From Ginkgo biloba (taxonomy: Eukaryota; Plantae; Ginkgophyta), in NCBI GenBank assembly GCA_024626585.2, contig JANKJI020000002.1, positions 263,193,687 through 263,219,576 of the forward strand: DNA of 25,890 nt, written 5' to 3'. The notes beneath the pieces are model-generated. The model ran no database searches and was not told where the DNA came from. It saw only the letters and a list, made by a program, of their open reading frames with translations. The number at the start of each line of letters is the position of its first letter. Positions within the stretch are counted from its first letter, which is position 1. The position numbers and the translations under genes were made by a program. Below, piece after piece: positions 23,050-25,890 of the stretch.

Positions 23050-25890
23050 CAAAATAATTTTAACTTGTGATGATTGACTCATTTCTTTCGTGGAGTTCAA
23101 TCCAAGTTTGTGAATTGATATGTTCCACTATCATGAATTGCAAGGATTCCATAGGGACCCATCCACTTAGACAAAAACATTTAATGTGTCCTCTTATGGT
23201 GTCATGCATCATAAACTATTCCTATGTCACCTATCTTAAATGGAATCCCTTTGGCCTTCTTATTAAAGTATTTCTTTTGCTTCATTTTTTTCTTAATTCT
23301 AACATCTTTAGACATTGGACATGTCTTCTCCAATAATTGAAGTTGTAGTATTCTACGTTTGATACATTCATGTTCATTTGTTTGTCTATCTATCATAATC
23401 CCAAAGGTAGGTATGTCAAATTCAATGGATAGAATATGGTGAATACCACATGCCAATTGGATAGGAAAATATCTTATTGTTGTCTTTGTTGTTTCACACC
23501 ATGCTTATAATGTTGTATGGATCCCCTTGCCCCACGTATGTATTCCATCCTTTAATTCTGCATCTTTTTCCAACAATTGACACAAAGTGTGATTTGTTCT
23601 TTCAATCTATCCATTGATGCTTGCTTTATAATTTGTAGCCTTTGTGTTTAATTGCAAATTTGTTAACTAGTGATTCCACAACTTCATTAATAAAATGAGA
23701 CCTTTGATCTGTCACTATCTCTAAAGGTCATCCAAACCTTGTAACAATTCATTCATATAAAAATCTAAATACTTTATCTTGGAAATCCACCTTTAAGGGT
23801 CTTGCCTCTACCCACTTTGGATAGTTAGTAGCCACAACAATGTACCTATTTCTTCTTGGTGTTGGTGTGAGTGGTCCCACAATATCAATTCTCCATTTTT
23901 CAAATGGTGCCATCAATAAAATAGGATTCAATGGTACTAGTGAGGTCGTACAATTCCCATAGAATTAATAAACATCACGAGTCTTGCAAAATTCAAATCA
24001 ATCCTTAAATAGTATAGGCTAGAAATAGATTTCATCCAAGATCTTTTGTGCTATAAATCGCCTTAAGAAATGTCCTCCACACATTCTACTATGGAACTCC
24101 TCCATAAACTCTTTTCTTGTATCTCGCCTATTTGCTCTATGATTCTTTTCATCTACTCTTTGTCAGAATAGTGTGCCATGTACTATAGTTTAAGATCGAC
24201 TTGCTTGCGTTAATCTTTCTTTTTACTATTGTTGTAGCACCTTCTAGAAACTTGTAAGCATTCAAGTTATTCCATATGTCTACATATTCAGATGCAATAA
24301 CATCAAGTAAAAACAATGATGCATCCAAAAATTCATCATCTTCATAAGACCAACCTTCCTCCTTACAAGNNNNNNNNNNNNNNNNNNNNNNNNNNNNNNN
24401 NNNNNNNNNNNNNNNNNNNNNNNNNNNNNNNNNNNNNNNNNNNNNNNNNNNNNNNNNNNNNNNNNNNNNNNNNNNNNNNNNNNNNNNNNNNNNNNNNNNN
24501 NNNNNNNNNNNNNNNNNNNNNNNNNNNNNNNNNNNNNNNNNNNNNNNNNNNNNNNNNNNNNNNNTTGAAAAAGATCATTGTAAGGGCGTCCTTTGTAGTT
24601 ATCATGTAGTTTCATTGTGCACTGCTTATCTGTCTACTAGCAAAATAGATTGGATGGTCATGCCCATCATCATCCTCTTGACTACGTATACTCACAAGTG
24701 TTATGTTAGAAGCATCTGTGTACATATTGAAAGGCTTACTCCAATCTCAACTCTTAAGCACTAGTGATATTATCAATGCTTACTTTAATGGTTTAAATGC
24801 TTATTTGGCCTTGTCTCCTAGTTTAAAAGAAACATCTTTCTTCAGGTACTCTAATAGTCGATGAGAAATTTTAGAGAATTTCTTTATGAATCTTCTATAT
24901 TATCCGATAGGCCTTAAAAAAGATCTCAACTTACTTCTATTTGATGGAAAAGGTAGTGCTTGTATCTTGGATAGCTCTTTAGGATCAATTTCAATCATAT
25001 TCTTTGAAACTATATAGCCTAAGGAGACACCCTTTGAACGTCCAAATACATTTAGTTGAATTCAATGATGTATTATCTTCATCGAATCTTTGGAATGCTT
25101 TCTCTATCTATTCTAAATGATTTATTTTTTTCATGAATACAAAAATCATCCAAGAAAACTCGAATCAACTATCCAATGTATGACTAAAAAATTCAGTTCA
25201 TCAACCGTTGAAATATTATAGGTGCATTACATAGACCAAATGACATTAATCTATAAGCAAATGTTCTCCATGGAGTAGTGAAATTAGTCTTCAATTGATA
25301 TTTTTTAGCAATGTGTACCTAATTATAATCATTGTAACCATCAACAAAGGTGCAATAGTAATGCCCAATAACTTCATCTAGAATCTGGCCCATAAAATGA
25401 ACATAATAACGGTCCTTTTTAGTAGCATGATTCAACTTTCTGTAATCCACCCAAACTCTTAGGTTTCCATTCTTCTTCCTTGAAATAATGATAAGTGGAA
25501 TCCATTTTAAATTTTCCATGAAAAAGATAAAATCAACATTGAATAATTTATATATTTCTTCTTTGACATCTTTAGCAAAATTAGGATTCATTTGATAAGT
25601 CATTCGCTTTACTTCCTTAGTATTCTTGGGCAATTCAATTGAATACTCCACCCATGTTACTTGTTATAACTCTTTGTACTCAAAAGTAAAAGGATAAATA
25701 TACCTATGAAAAAGTGTGACGTAGTCTTCCTTGTATGAATATGAAATGACATCTCTAAAGTTTAGTTGTTGTAGTCGCTCTTCCATTTCATCATTTGTTA
25801 ATTTCTTTCATCTAGTTCATAAAATTCGAAGCATATCCATGACAAATGCATCTACTTCATTTTCATCGACATTTGTGTCCACATCACCTA
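23050..25890 (-). mobile_element. pol: Degenerate non-chromovirus (Athila-like) Gypsy pol: RT-RNase H-integrase
   Basis: RT: KKNGNLRVWVDYRKLNHATKKD...FVDGYNDYN...RVFLDDF. RNase H: DWSKPFNMYTDAS...DHPIYFASRQ. INT: APFEKWRIDIVGP...YIVVATNYPKWVEA. GPY/F end: WMGPY...VNHHKLK. Continues beyond the window. Confidence 0.95.

Overview
Eukaryotic, AT-rich, heavily gapped scaffold from a plant repeat landscape. Element motifs and domain order suggest a gymnosperm-type genome (inference). No intact host gene, rRNA, tRNA or CRISPR array is visible. The window is a mosaic of old LTR-retrotransposon relics full of stop codons: (1) a + strand chromovirus (chromodomain-PPT-LTR-PBS-gag-PR-RT-RH-INT, ~1570-5760); (2) a + strand Tat-type fragment with an archaeal-type RNase H directly after the protease (~6300-7959); (3) a ~2.1 kb unit bounded by >=580 bp inverted repeats (9384-11523); (4) a degenerate minisatellite; (5) a - strand element with gag and protease only, whose 212 bp LTR is again flanked by PPT and PBS; (6) a CRM-like RT fragment; (7) a decayed accessory-type ORF plus LTR pieces; (8) a Tat-type RT, a Copia-like LTR+PBS, and a near-complete non-chromovirus Gypsy pol with PPT and 3' LTR on the - strand. 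The most notable structures are two independent PPT-LTR-PBS tandem junctions, the pol-less element and the long foldback. I see no convincing evidence of a wholly new biological system. Translations outside the ORF track were done by hand and boundaries are approximate.
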